Below are positions 8,934 through 18,078 of a stretch of DNA of 64,000 bases, piece after piece; within the stretch, counting starts at the first letter, position 1; every line of letters starts with the position of its first letter. Source of the stretch: Candidatus Melainabacteria bacterium 17Bon1m (GTDB taxonomy: Bacteria; Cyanobacteriota; Vampirovibrionia; Obscuribacterales; Obscuribacteraceae); NCBI GenBank assembly GCA_032128875.1, contig JAVLKG010000003.1, positions 481,008-545,007 of the forward strand, in the 5' to 3' direction. A program made the translations under genes and the position numbers. The notes under the pieces were generated by a model. It worked only from the letters and a program-made list of their open reading frames with translations, did not search any database and was not told the origin of the DNA.

Positions 8934-11645
8934 CTATTTGTTCTCCTTCACTTGTTTTACGAACTTGAGTTTTGCCAGCTCTTCCAATTTGTCTGGAGAG
9001 ATTTTGCCGACTACTTTGGTTCTTTCTTGGAGCATCAATTCAAACCCAAGTTTCTTCAACGCTTTGATGTTCTCCGGCGAATCGCTCGTGAGCTGGATCT
9101 CGATAGTGATTTTGCCGTCTTGGACGTGGATTTTGAGACCAGACGCTGTTTTGACCTTCTCAGAACTGGCGACAAGCTTTTGAAGTTGTGCAGAGAGTTT
9201 TGCAATTGCTTCATTCGCTTTTGCCGCTGGCTCTGCTTTCTTTTCGTCCTGTTTATTGTTACCCTCGGCCGGTCTCGTTGCTGTGACTGAGTCTCCTTCT
9301 CCTTTGTCTGCCACTAGTTTGTTTGCTTCTTTAGCAGGTGGAGGTGGTATCAGCCCTCCAGCGATTGAAGGGGACGGACTCGCCATTGGTTTCGGCATTG
9401 CATTTAGCGTTCTGCCCATGACCGGAGTCGAAGTAGCGCTTTGTGCAAACTGTGCGTATGCACGTCCGTCGAAAGATGCGCCTTGGGATTGTCTTGATGC
9501 CATTCTGCGTTTGGCGCGTGCAATGCCTCCATATCCACCTCCACCTCCCGCAATGCCGAAGGATGCTGGTGCCCCTGCCAGCGGTGCTCCCGGCATAGCG
9601 GCTTGCTCGATTGTTTCTTCGCGTGATACTCCTTCTGGTACTTCCACTGGGACGGTAACTGTTCTTGCAGCACCACCCTTGGTGACAATTTTTTCTTCCA
9701 CTGCGACGAAGGAAGTGTACTGCGTCATGATGTGATGGTCGAGTGCTACTTTGACAATCTCGTCCTTCAGCTCTTTATTGATCGAACCGTTTTGTGCACC
9801 TTGCCAGTCTTCGCTCATCAGGCGATCGACTTTTGCTCGCGCCCAAACAGATCCAATTGATTCACTTCCTCCTGCATTTTCTGGGAAGTTAACTTTGATT
9901 TTCTCTAGATATGGCTTTCCACCGCTAAACCCTGAGATTGAAATTGTTCCAGCGCCGGGCTTGATGTAGCGACCTTTTATGTATAGCGGCTTTTCAGCCC
10001 AAACATCGGATACTTCATGTGGAAATACTTCCTTGGCCTGGACGCCGTCGAATGTGAGCTTGATGTCCGTGAGGACTGGCGATGAAATTCTGTCGTAGAA
10101 TTTCTTTCCAACCTCGTTGCCGGAGCTGTTTAGTAGCACATATTCTGATTCTCCGCCGCCTTCTTTTGCCATCGCATCGATGAGGAATCGGTTGACACCG
10201 TTGCCTGTGCCAAAGGAAAACCATCTTGATTTGCCTCTGAGCTTTTTGATCATGCCTAGAATTTCCATGTCGTTGCCGACATAGCCATCGGTCATGAAAG
10301 TGACGATACGAAGACGATTTGCATCTGCTGGAGTTTTACATGCCGCTTCAACTGCAGGTGCCATCCATGTGCCACCATTTGCACTCAAGCTGTTTATATA
10401 GTGAATCGCCTGTTTCTTCATTTCGGGAGAAACTTTCATCGGCTTCGCAAACATCGGTCGCGCATCATTGCTGAAGGCAATGATTTGGAAAGTGTCTTCT
10501 TTATTCATGTGCTCGATGATATAGCGCATCGTCTCTTTCGCTTTATCGAGAGGCGGACCGCTCTGTGAGCCTGAACAGTCAATCACGAAGATCATCTCTT
10601 TTGGCTGAATTTGTTCTGGAGTGGCGCGCTTGGGCGGCATCACCATAACCGTGAAATATCCGTCTGCTGTCTTGCTTGGCTTGTAAGTGAGATAGCCGCT
10701 CTTAATTTGATCGCTTGCGACATCCCAAGAGAGTACGAAGTCTTTGTTTGGGATTGTGTTTTTGTTTGTCAAACTGATTTTTGCCGTTTGGGCATTAGGC
10801 TGATTGGTTGTCACTTCATGCAAGGTAGAACGAATTGCCTGGATCGGTACGCCCGAATCAATGTTTACGTCAATCGAAATATCATGTCCTGCGCGTTCGC
10901 CTTTTGCGGCAACCGGCGGACTGATTTTTGATGCGTCAGGCACCGAAGTCGTGTCGTGCACTCGTCCCGTTCCGCTCTTGCCGACTGGATTTCCGGGCAT
11001 AAAACGTGGTCCTACCACTGTCGGAAATGCGAAAGTGTAGCGACCTGATTCGTAAGGCAAAAGGTCTACATACTGAAGAGTCACTTCAATCTGATTACCA
11101 GGAAGAATATTCGCAACTGACTGCGTAAAGATATTTGGTCGTTCCTGGTCGAGCAGCGCAGCGACCTGTCCATGCGCTTTGGCATTGTCATAAATTTCTT
11201 TCGCTTCTTCGCGTTTTTTGATCGTACCTTTTATGACGCGTTCTCCGACCTTCATTCTCATGTCGTCTACTGCGCCTGTTTCTGAAAGAGGAAATGTGTA
11301 AACCGCTTCAATCTTGTCTTTAAACGGATTCTCGAATACTTGTTTAACTGTCACTCGCGCGACATAACCTGAGACATTCGCGGTCACACTAGTATGTTTG
11401 AGTGGGCATTGACCAAGTTTTTTTCCCGACCCAAGCATTGCTAAAAGTGTGCCTGAGCCATCGCCTTTAAATTGATTGCTTTGGGTTTCTCTATTCTGCT
11501 TTGCAGTTGCTGCTCGCCCTGGAATTGCCGCTCCAATTAATGGCGAGGCTGCTTGTTGAGCGTTCACGATCAGCGGCAAAGATGTACTGAGCACACTTGC
11601 AATTGCTGTCGGAACGAGAATGGCACCCGCTAAGAAGGACTTCAT
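8934..11645 (-). CDS. Exported VIT + von Willebrand factor A domain protein
   Basis: VIT domain (VTVKQVFENPFKDKIEAVYTFPL, LLDQERPNIF); vWA MIDAS DCSGS and FMTDG; YTSFVAVEE. Confidence 0.9.
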   Translation of the reverse strand: MKSFLAGAILVPTAIASVLSTSLPLIVNAQQAASPLIGAAIPGRAATAKQNRETQSNQFKGDGSGTLLAMLGSGKKLGQCPLKHTSVTANVSGYVARVTVKQVFENPFKDKIEAVYTFPLSETGAVDDMRMKVGERVIKGTIKKREEAKEIYDNAKAHGQVAALLDQERPNIFTQSVANILPGNQIEVTLQYVDLLPYESGRYTFAFPTVVGPRFMPGNPVGKSGTGRVHDTTSVPDASKISPPVAAKGERAGHDISIDVNIDSGVPIQAIRSTLHEVTTNQPNAQTAKISLTNKNTIPNKDFVLSWDVASDQIKSGYLTYKPSKTADGYFTVMVMPPKRATPEQIQPKEMIFVIDCSGSQSGPPLDKAKETMRYIIEHMNKEDTFQIIAFSNDARPMFAKPMKVSPEMKKQAIHYINSLSANGGTWMAPAVEAACKTPADANRLRIVTFMTDGYVGNDMEILGMIKKLRGKSRWFSFGTGNGVNRFLIDAMAKEGGGESEYVLLNSSGNEVGKKFYDRISSPVLTDIKLTFDGVQAKEVFPHEVSDVWAEKPLYIKGRYIKPGAGTISISGFSGGKPYLEKIKVNFPENAGGSESIGSVWARAKVDRLMSEDWQGAQNGSINKELKDEIVKVALDHHIMTQYTSFVAVEEKIVTKGGAARTVTVPVEVPEGVSREETIEQAAMPGAPLAGAPASFGIAGGGGGYGGIARAKRRMASRQSQGASFDGRAYAQFAQSATSTPVMGRTLNAMPKPMASPSPSIAGGLIPPPPAKEANKLVADKGEGDSVTATRPAEGNNKQDEKKAEPAAKANEAIAKLSAQLQKLVASSEKVKTASGLKIHVQDGKITIEIQLTSDSPENIKALKKLGFELMLQERTKVVGKISPDKLEELAKLKFVKQVKENK

Positions 11646-11808
11646 GGTTTATTTCCTCGTTATTTCCTGCCTGCCGCACGTCACATAGCACGAGCGTAAC
11701 CGGCCGCAAGGAGCGGATGTATAGGGTTTCTCCTAGAGCGCCCATGGGACGAGACCTGAACCTTGTATACTACTTTCCTCTAATCGCCACTGGAGGCATG
11801 TTTTCAGT

Positions 11809-13401
11809 ATGTTGAAGCGCAAGAAGTGTTTGCTCGTATTGAGTGCATTCAGCATGTGTTTCCCTTTGATTGCCCAGACCTCCGTTTACTCGATGAGCCT
11901 CGAGCGAATTCCTCTTGAATTTCAAAATGCGGAATTGAAAGAGATGGTTGGTATGCAAAAGCCGTTCACACCTTGTGTAACGGAAGAGATGTTAGAGAAG
12001 GTTACGCGTGAGCTAGCTATGCACGGAACCCTTGCTCTCAGGCGCTATTCCAGTGGTGGTCATTCAGCCGTGACTGTTCATGAACCACGCTCGTTAGAGT
12101 CGGCGATTGACGGCATGTTGATCATGCATTGGGATCGCGACAATATGATGCAGGTACTTGCAGAGTATCAACTAGCGCAGAATGATTCGCTTCGAAGCGA
12201 ATTGAAAGTGGCAAAAGGCGCATGGTTTCTCGGACTTCTTGCTTCGCTGAAACATCACTATAATTACTACAAGAGATTTACCGATATTATTGACGGAAAA
12301 GCTGGGGCGCACGACTTCAGTAAACGGCCCCATATCCGTTACAACCCGATTAATCTGCAGGAAGTTCAAGATCCTTGGGGGCACGCTCAAAATGACGCTC
12401 TCGGCTATCTGCTCTTTATGACTTTCTACGCTGCCGATCAGGGGAGGTTGAATGTTGCGGAAAAAACAGTTGCAGAAAACGCTGACGGAAAACAGCCGAA
12501 ACGACAATTGTCTCAAGAAGCATCTCATCGTTTAGGTGTGCTTGTTCCGCTCTTTTTTGAGAAGATTGAAGTGTGGAAGGATTTTGATTTTGGTGCATGG
12601 GAAGACAAAAAGGCCGAGCACGCTTCGTCTATTGGCTGCGCTCTTGCGGGTTTGCGCCAAGAGAAAAAGTTTGTTGATAAATACGGCTCACTGACTGAGA
12701 AAATCGACGGTAAAGACTACACGGTTACTAGCAAATTGCTGGCTAAACTGATCGCGCAATGCGAAGAAAGTTTGGCCAGAATTTTGCCGAACGAATTTGT
12801 CAATTCTGATCCTGAAGACAAACGTGCAGATGCAAGTAGAGACAGGAAGGCTGATTCAGCGCTTATTAACGCGCTCTTTCTCGGCGCTGTTGCTGAAGAG
12901 CAGTTGGTGAGCGAAAAGATGACTGCGGAAATTCTAGATGTGACTGCAAATCAACTTTGTCGCCCGATTGGTTTTGCGCGTTATCCTCTCGATATTTGGG
13001 ATGGCAGGACAGACCGACGCGATCTCAAAGAAAACGAGGAAGCTCAATGGTCCCACGTCGCACCGATGATGTCGGTTATTTACGGTGACTTGTATCTGCG
13101 CACAAAAAAACAATCGTACTTTGAATCGCAAGACTTTTTCTTTCGACGCAGTCTCACGACTGTGAACAAGCGCTGGAGAATTCCTGAAGCTTACATTGTC
13201 GACCCGATGACTCGCCAGTGGATTTCTGATGCCAATGAACCGCTTGCCTGGGCGCAGTCTGTGGAAATCATGGCAATACTTGCTATGAAGCGAAGTCTTG
13301 CCGAACGTCATGCAATGAAACCGGCCGACCAGGGAGTGAAACCTGTTGAACGGGCACAAAAGCCAGTCGAGCCTTCCGATAAAGTTGTGGCGCCTAAGTA
13401 A
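11809..13401 (+). CDS. Glycoside hydrolase family 15 / phosphorylase kinase alpha-beta-like protein with a signal peptide
   Basis: HWDRDN, WGHAQNDALGY, DFGAWE, HASSIG, EAQW and IPEAY..N.PLAWAQS motifs. Confidence 0.7.
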   Translation: MLKRKKCLLVLSAFSMCFPLIAQTSVYSMSLERIPLEFQNAELKEMVGMQKPFTPCVTEEMLEKVTRELAMHGTLALRRYSSGGHSAVTVHEPRSLESAIDGMLIMHWDRDNMMQVLAEYQLAQNDSLRSELKVAKGAWFLGLLASLKHHYNYYKRFTDIIDGKAGAHDFSKRPHIRYNPINLQEVQDPWGHAQNDALGYLLFMTFYAADQGRLNVAEKTVAENADGKQPKRQLSQEASHRLGVLVPLFFEKIEVWKDFDFGAWEDKKAEHASSIGCALAGLRQEKKFVDKYGSLTEKIDGKDYTVTSKLLAKLIAQCEESLARILPNEFVNSDPEDKRADASRDRKADSALINALFLGAVAEEQLVSEKMTAEILDVTANQLCRPIGFARYPLDIWDGRTDRRDLKENEEAQWSHVAPMMSVIYGDLYLRTKKQSYFESQDFFFRRSLTTVNKRWRIPEAYIVDPMTRQWISDANEPLAWAQSVEIMAILAMKRSLAERHAMKPADQGVKPVERAQKPVEPSDKVVAPK

Positions 13402-13448
13402 TTAAGTAGTTTGGGAATAGATATAGGGTTACTGTCGGAAACCCTCAT

Positions 13449-16178
13449 TTGAGTAAGAAGCCCCATAAAAAGCATAAAGAAGAGGAGCCTGCGAAGCTTT
13501 CTGAGGTATCGCCGGATTCTGGCGCGCAGGGAGAATTGAATGAACCTCAATCGCAAGCGGCTGCCCGTAAAACATCGCAGGAGGCAGCCGATGACCAGAC
13601 GGTGAAGATCTCCACGGGCTCGGATCCGCATCGAACACTGGACGATGCGAAGACCCATGTTGCTGATAAGGTCCCATTAAAAGAGCAGCTAAACAAGCCG
13701 GACGGTCTGGTCGGCACGATTATTGCCGACCATTTTCGTATCGATAAGCGTCTCGCCGAAGGAGGAATGAGCGCCGTTTATAAGGCTCGCGACCTGGCTC
13801 TGGGGCGTGATGTGGCGATAAAGGTTTTGCTGCCGGGGCGTCATTTTACTGAGGAAAGTCTGATTCGATTTCAGCGGGAAGCCAAGGCCGTCGGCATTCT
13901 CAACCATCCGAATATTGTCAATGTGTACGAAATGAACACTTTTGCGGAAGGCGAACCGTACATCGCGATGGAGTTTGTCGATGGGCAGACCCTTTTCCAG
14001 CAAGTACAAGGCACCAGTGGTTTGCCCGTGGATTCCGCCATAGACATCATCCGCCAGTGTGCCGGTGCCCTTGCTTACGCTCATAAACAGGGGATCGTTC
14101 ACCGCGACATCAAATCGGGAAACATTATGCTCGCTCGTGCTGCACAAGGAGGCTGGCAGCCAAAACTGGTCGATTTTGGTATTGCGCGTGCGCTGGAAGA
14201 AGACGCGATTAATCTGACCCGCACCGGCGAGGTTTTTGGAAGCCCTCGCTACATGAGCCCGGAGCAATGCCGTGGAGAGAAGATTGACGCACGCACTGAT
14301 ATTTATTCGCTCGGGTGTGCGTTCTACGAAGCGCTAACGGGCGAGGTTCCATTTCGCGGTGCGACCGCTTTAGACACGATGCGCATGCACAATGATGATC
14401 AACCTGTGCCGCCGTCCGTTGCTCGAAAAGGCATGCCACTTGGTGCTGAGCTGGATCGCATTATTCTCAAATGTTTAGCAAAGGATCGCAACCATCGGTA
14501 CCAGACAGCAGAAGCGTTAGAGCAAGACCTTTTCACTTTAGCCAGGCAGAAGAGAAGCAGTCTTGCCTCCGTGGTAGCGGGAGCCATGCGTAAGCTGCCG
14601 TTTTCTAAGAAAGCTAGTAAAGCGTTTGGCACCAAAATGTTTGCCGCTTATTTTTTGGTAAGTGCTGCGCTTTTGATTTGGGTTGCTTCAAGTCAGTCAC
14701 ATCGCTTGTTCGAATATTTGTGGTCCGATTTCAATTACAAGGGGCAGAAAGCCTTTGATGCAGGAGACTATAAGAAAGCGGAAGAAAACTTTCTAAACGC
14801 TCTCAAGATCGCAGAGACTTTCCCGGTCAATGATAAATCGCTGCATCTTGCATTCAGCCTTTCCGACCTGACTGAATTGAGCACTGCGAAGGGAGATGAA
14901 GAAGCCCACAAAGCTTGGTCTGCTCGTCGCAAGACGGAGGCTGCAAAGGCGCTTGGTGATGTGGGCAATTATCGCGGGCAGCAAATCAAGTTGTGCAACA
15001 CCTCTCTAGAAAAGTTTGCCGCCGATGTGAAAGACGAGAGCATCGATAAGGAAGAGATGAGATTGCGTGCCAAGCAAGTCCTCGAGAAATTCAACGAGTT
15101 GTGCACGTTGTTGGATTTTGAGCAGTCGACGGAAGCTACTTTTGCATTGATGAATCAAGCGATTGAGGTGACAGCGCCGTATCTGGACAGAACCAGTCCA
15201 GAATATGTAGACGCAATAGTCAATCGTACTTGGCTTGCCTACTGCTCTAACTCCGTCGAGACTCGGGCACTCGTTGTAGATGCAGAAAAGCAACTTCGTG
15301 CCTCTAAAGGCATGATACCGTCTCTTAGGGCGCGTAACTTCAGCTCCCTTAGCCAGGTGTATTTAGCCCTTGGCGATAGGGACAGTGCTAGAAGATGCAG
15401 TGAAGAATCACTTGCGATATTGCGAGCCAATTCTGAACTAGAGACTGACACGGCCGTGCTTGCTTTGCTTGTTCGCGCACGCCTGGAGGATGAGACCAGG
15501 CACCCCGACACTGCTGATTTCTTTTTCAATCAGGCCAAGTTCGAAATGGAAAAGCAAGAGAGCCGAAATCCCGCGCTGGTTTTGCGGTATTTGGAAATAC
15601 GCCTCTATCTACTTTCTAGCCGTGGTGCAACTCTCCATGCGTTGCAAGAGTGCCAGGCGATTCTCGAACACGAGGAGAGAAAGCCCAGTTCAAGAAGACT
15701 ATTAGGACGCGCTTTGAATGCAACAGGGACGCTTTGCGGATGGTTGGGCCGAGAAACTGATTGTATTCATTTGCTCGAACGCGCGCACGCTGTAGCGGCT
15801 AACAACTCGGAATTCGCACTCTCTGCCGGTTCATTGGATATGATTGGAGAAGTGCTTGGAGCTCGTAAAAAATACAACGATGCCATCCCTTATTTTCGGC
15901 GGGCTCGCGATCTGTATTACTCTCAGCGCGATCTTTATCCAGGCTCAGTAGTCGCGACCTCGAACAATTTGTCTTTGCTGTTGATGAAACAAGGAAAGTA
16001 CGCTGAGGCGATTCAAGTTTTACACAAGGCAGAGCCGTCTGTGAGTGCGCCCACGTTCGGGGCGCCAAAGTTTAAGCAGGTCCTCTATGAAAGGCTCGCC
16101 ATTCTTTCCGAGAAGACCGGTGATAAGGCGGCGGCAGAGCGCTACAGAAAGCTATTCACTGAGAGTTTGAACCGGTGA
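13449..16178 (+). CDS. Hanks-type Ser/Thr protein kinase with a TM helix and TPR-like C-terminal region
   Basis: GGMSAVY, VAIK, HRDIKSGN, DFG and GSPRYMSPEQ; TM helix; helical repeats. Confidence 0.92.
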   Translation: MSKKPHKKHKEEEPAKLSEVSPDSGAQGELNEPQSQAAARKTSQEAADDQTVKISTGSDPHRTLDDAKTHVADKVPLKEQLNKPDGLVGTIIADHFRIDKRLAEGGMSAVYKARDLALGRDVAIKVLLPGRHFTEESLIRFQREAKAVGILNHPNIVNVYEMNTFAEGEPYIAMEFVDGQTLFQQVQGTSGLPVDSAIDIIRQCAGALAYAHKQGIVHRDIKSGNIMLARAAQGGWQPKLVDFGIARALEEDAINLTRTGEVFGSPRYMSPEQCRGEKIDARTDIYSLGCAFYEALTGEVPFRGATALDTMRMHNDDQPVPPSVARKGMPLGAELDRIILKCLAKDRNHRYQTAEALEQDLFTLARQKRSSLASVVAGAMRKLPFSKKASKAFGTKMFAAYFLVSAALLIWVASSQSHRLFEYLWSDFNYKGQKAFDAGDYKKAEENFLNALKIAETFPVNDKSLHLAFSLSDLTELSTAKGDEEAHKAWSARRKTEAAKALGDVGNYRGQQIKLCNTSLEKFAADVKDESIDKEEMRLRAKQVLEKFNELCTLLDFEQSTEATFALMNQAIEVTAPYLDRTSPEYVDAIVNRTWLAYCSNSVETRALVVDAEKQLRASKGMIPSLRARNFSSLSQVYLALGDRDSARRCSEESLAILRANSELETDTAVLALLVRARLEDETRHPDTADFFFNQAKFEMEKQESRNPALVLRYLEIRLYLLSSRGATLHALQECQAILEHEERKPSSRRLLGRALNATGTLCGWLGRETDCIHLLERAHAVAANNSEFALSAGSLDMIGEVLGARKKYNDAIPYFRRARDLYYSQRDLYPGSVVATSNNLSLLLMKQGKYAEAIQVLHKAEPSVSAPTFGAPKFKQVLYERLAILSEKTGDKAAAERYRKLFTESLNR

Positions 16179-16293
16179 TGAATTAAATTTCCTCTCTGGC
16201 AACCGATATCCCAATAAGGCATTCTAAGTATTTCTTCAGATGCGGTGCAGGATTACTTTCACCGTTCTGGGTTGCCTGAGAGCGAATAATCGA

Positions 16294-18078
16294 ATGGTCA
16301 TGCAGCTACAACGCCCGGTTGAAAACGCGGTCGTACCAAATTCTGAAGCCTTGGTGCTCGAACGAAATGACGGTTCGCCAAAGCTCGACGTTCTCACCTC
16401 CCTTCGCTTCTTCGCTGCGGCAAGTGTCTTCTTTCTTCACGCGCAGTCCATGGGTTTGGCTCATGTAGTGCCTGCCGGACCAGCGCATGTCTCTCTCTCT
16501 CATGGAGTTAGTTTCTTCTTCGCCCTTTCGGGATTTCTTTTGGCGTACCGATATCAAAATTTTGAAACGAAAAAATCGGTCATAGAGTACTTTGGCAACC
16601 GCATCGGTCGAATATTTCCCCTGTACTACCTGACTGCGATACCGTTTCTGGTTGTGCCGCAGCTTGCCTGTTTTACTCCTCGGCCCTGGGAGGATATTCC
16701 TCGTTATCTACTCGCCATCCAAGCTTGGCAGAGAGATCCGAATGCCGCTTGCTGCGTAAATCCAGTGGGGCAAAGCGTTTCGATTGAGATGTTTTTCTAT
16801 GCGTTTTTTCCACTCCTGTTTTTGTTCAAACGACGAAATCTGGCGTGGTTGTGCAGCACTCTGATTGTCGTTTTTTTCGTATCGCCCCACTTCATCATGG
16901 CGGCCGGTACATGTTTGAGCTACAGCCCGGTGTCGGGGCTAGTATTTTTTCTTGCAGGAATTGTTGGTCATGAGTGCTTCTCATACTGGAGAAAGCAAGT
17001 TCAACACCATCGGCTTCAAAGTGCTTTGCAAGGTTGGTTATTCACGACTGCTGAGGCTGTTGCTCTTGGTGTATGTATAGTGCTTTCATATTGGAATTCA
17101 ACGACCACGAGCAACGAAATTTTGCTATGCGGCAATCGAGTGTTGTTTTCTCTTTTTCTCTATGTCAGTTTGGCTTGCTCATTTGGAGCAATGATTTCGA
17201 TATTTGCATTCGGGCGCGGTGCAATCAGCAATTGTCTAAAAAGCCCGGTACTTGTCGGTTTGGGCGAAGCTAGTTATGCGCTGTTTCTAGTTCATTACGC
17301 CATACTCTTTCTGTTTAGGCCTTGGAGTCTTTCGCTTCAGCCTTCCAGTGCGCACAATCTATGTTGGCCTATACTGGCTCTGTGCATTACAATTTCGCTG
17401 CTTCTACATAAGTTGGTTGAAGCGCCATTGCGGAAAACAATTTCGGATTTGGTTCGTGAAAGCTTAATGAGTCGGCAAAGCGCACAGTCTTCATCAAAAG
17501 TACAACCAGTAGTTGGACAATCGACTGCACTAACCGCTGGTGAATATGTCAGAGAGTTAGGCGTGCGTTTCTTTCTGCCTGCCTTAGTAATTTCAACTAT
17601 CAACTTTTGGTTTCCACCGATCAAAGCATTTTATTTGTCGGTTGTTACGCCGCCAGCGCAGGAAGTTTGGAAGAAGATAGAACAGCCAGAAATTGCCGGC
17701 ACCAATAATGTTCGCTTTGGTGAGTCTGTCGTTCTTCTCGCTGCCAAGGCGGTCCCAAATGCCAAAGGTGTCTCTCTGCATACTCTGTGGAAAGCTCGTA
17801 CAAACATAAATGATCAAGTCGGTTTTCTGGCTACGCACCTGGTGGACAAGACCGGAAAAATTGTTCGCAACCTCGATCATCAGCTCGTACCAGCTGGAAC
17901 CTTCATTGCCAGAGATTCCTGCTGGGAGGATGTGGTGGAACTTCCATCGTTGGCGGGTGTGGATACATGCGGGCTGGCTTTGTATTATCCACAGAAGCAA
18001 ATCTGTGATGTCGTACAAGGTGGAAGAACTGACTTTGGCGGGCGTCGTCTCTTGGTGACGATTAGCCGGACTCCCTAA
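16294..18078 (+). CDS. Acyltransferase-3 (OafA/YrhL-like) with an extra C-terminal soluble domain
   Basis: LDVLTSLRFFAAASVFFLH, FFFALSGFLL, NRIGRIFPLY, SIEMFFY and LGEASYALFLVH motifs. Confidence 0.85.
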   Translation: MVMQLQRPVENAVVPNSEALVLERNDGSPKLDVLTSLRFFAAASVFFLHAQSMGLAHVVPAGPAHVSLSHGVSFFFALSGFLLAYRYQNFETKKSVIEYFGNRIGRIFPLYYLTAIPFLVVPQLACFTPRPWEDIPRYLLAIQAWQRDPNAACCVNPVGQSVSIEMFFYAFFPLLFLFKRRNLAWLCSTLIVVFFVSPHFIMAAGTCLSYSPVSGLVFFLAGIVGHECFSYWRKQVQHHRLQSALQGWLFTTAEAVALGVCIVLSYWNSTTTSNEILLCGNRVLFSLFLYVSLACSFGAMISIFAFGRGAISNCLKSPVLVGLGEASYALFLVHYAILFLFRPWSLSLQPSSAHNLCWPILALCITISLLLHKLVEAPLRKTISDLVRESLMSRQSAQSSSKVQPVVGQSTALTAGEYVRELGVRFFLPALVISTINFWFPPIKAFYLSVVTPPAQEVWKKIEQPEIAGTNNVRFGESVVLLAAKAVPNAKGVSLHTLWKARTNINDQVGFLATHLVDKTGKIVRNLDHQLVPAGTFIARDSCWEDVVELPSLAGVDTCGLALYYPQKQICDVVQGGRTDFGGRRLLVTISRTP

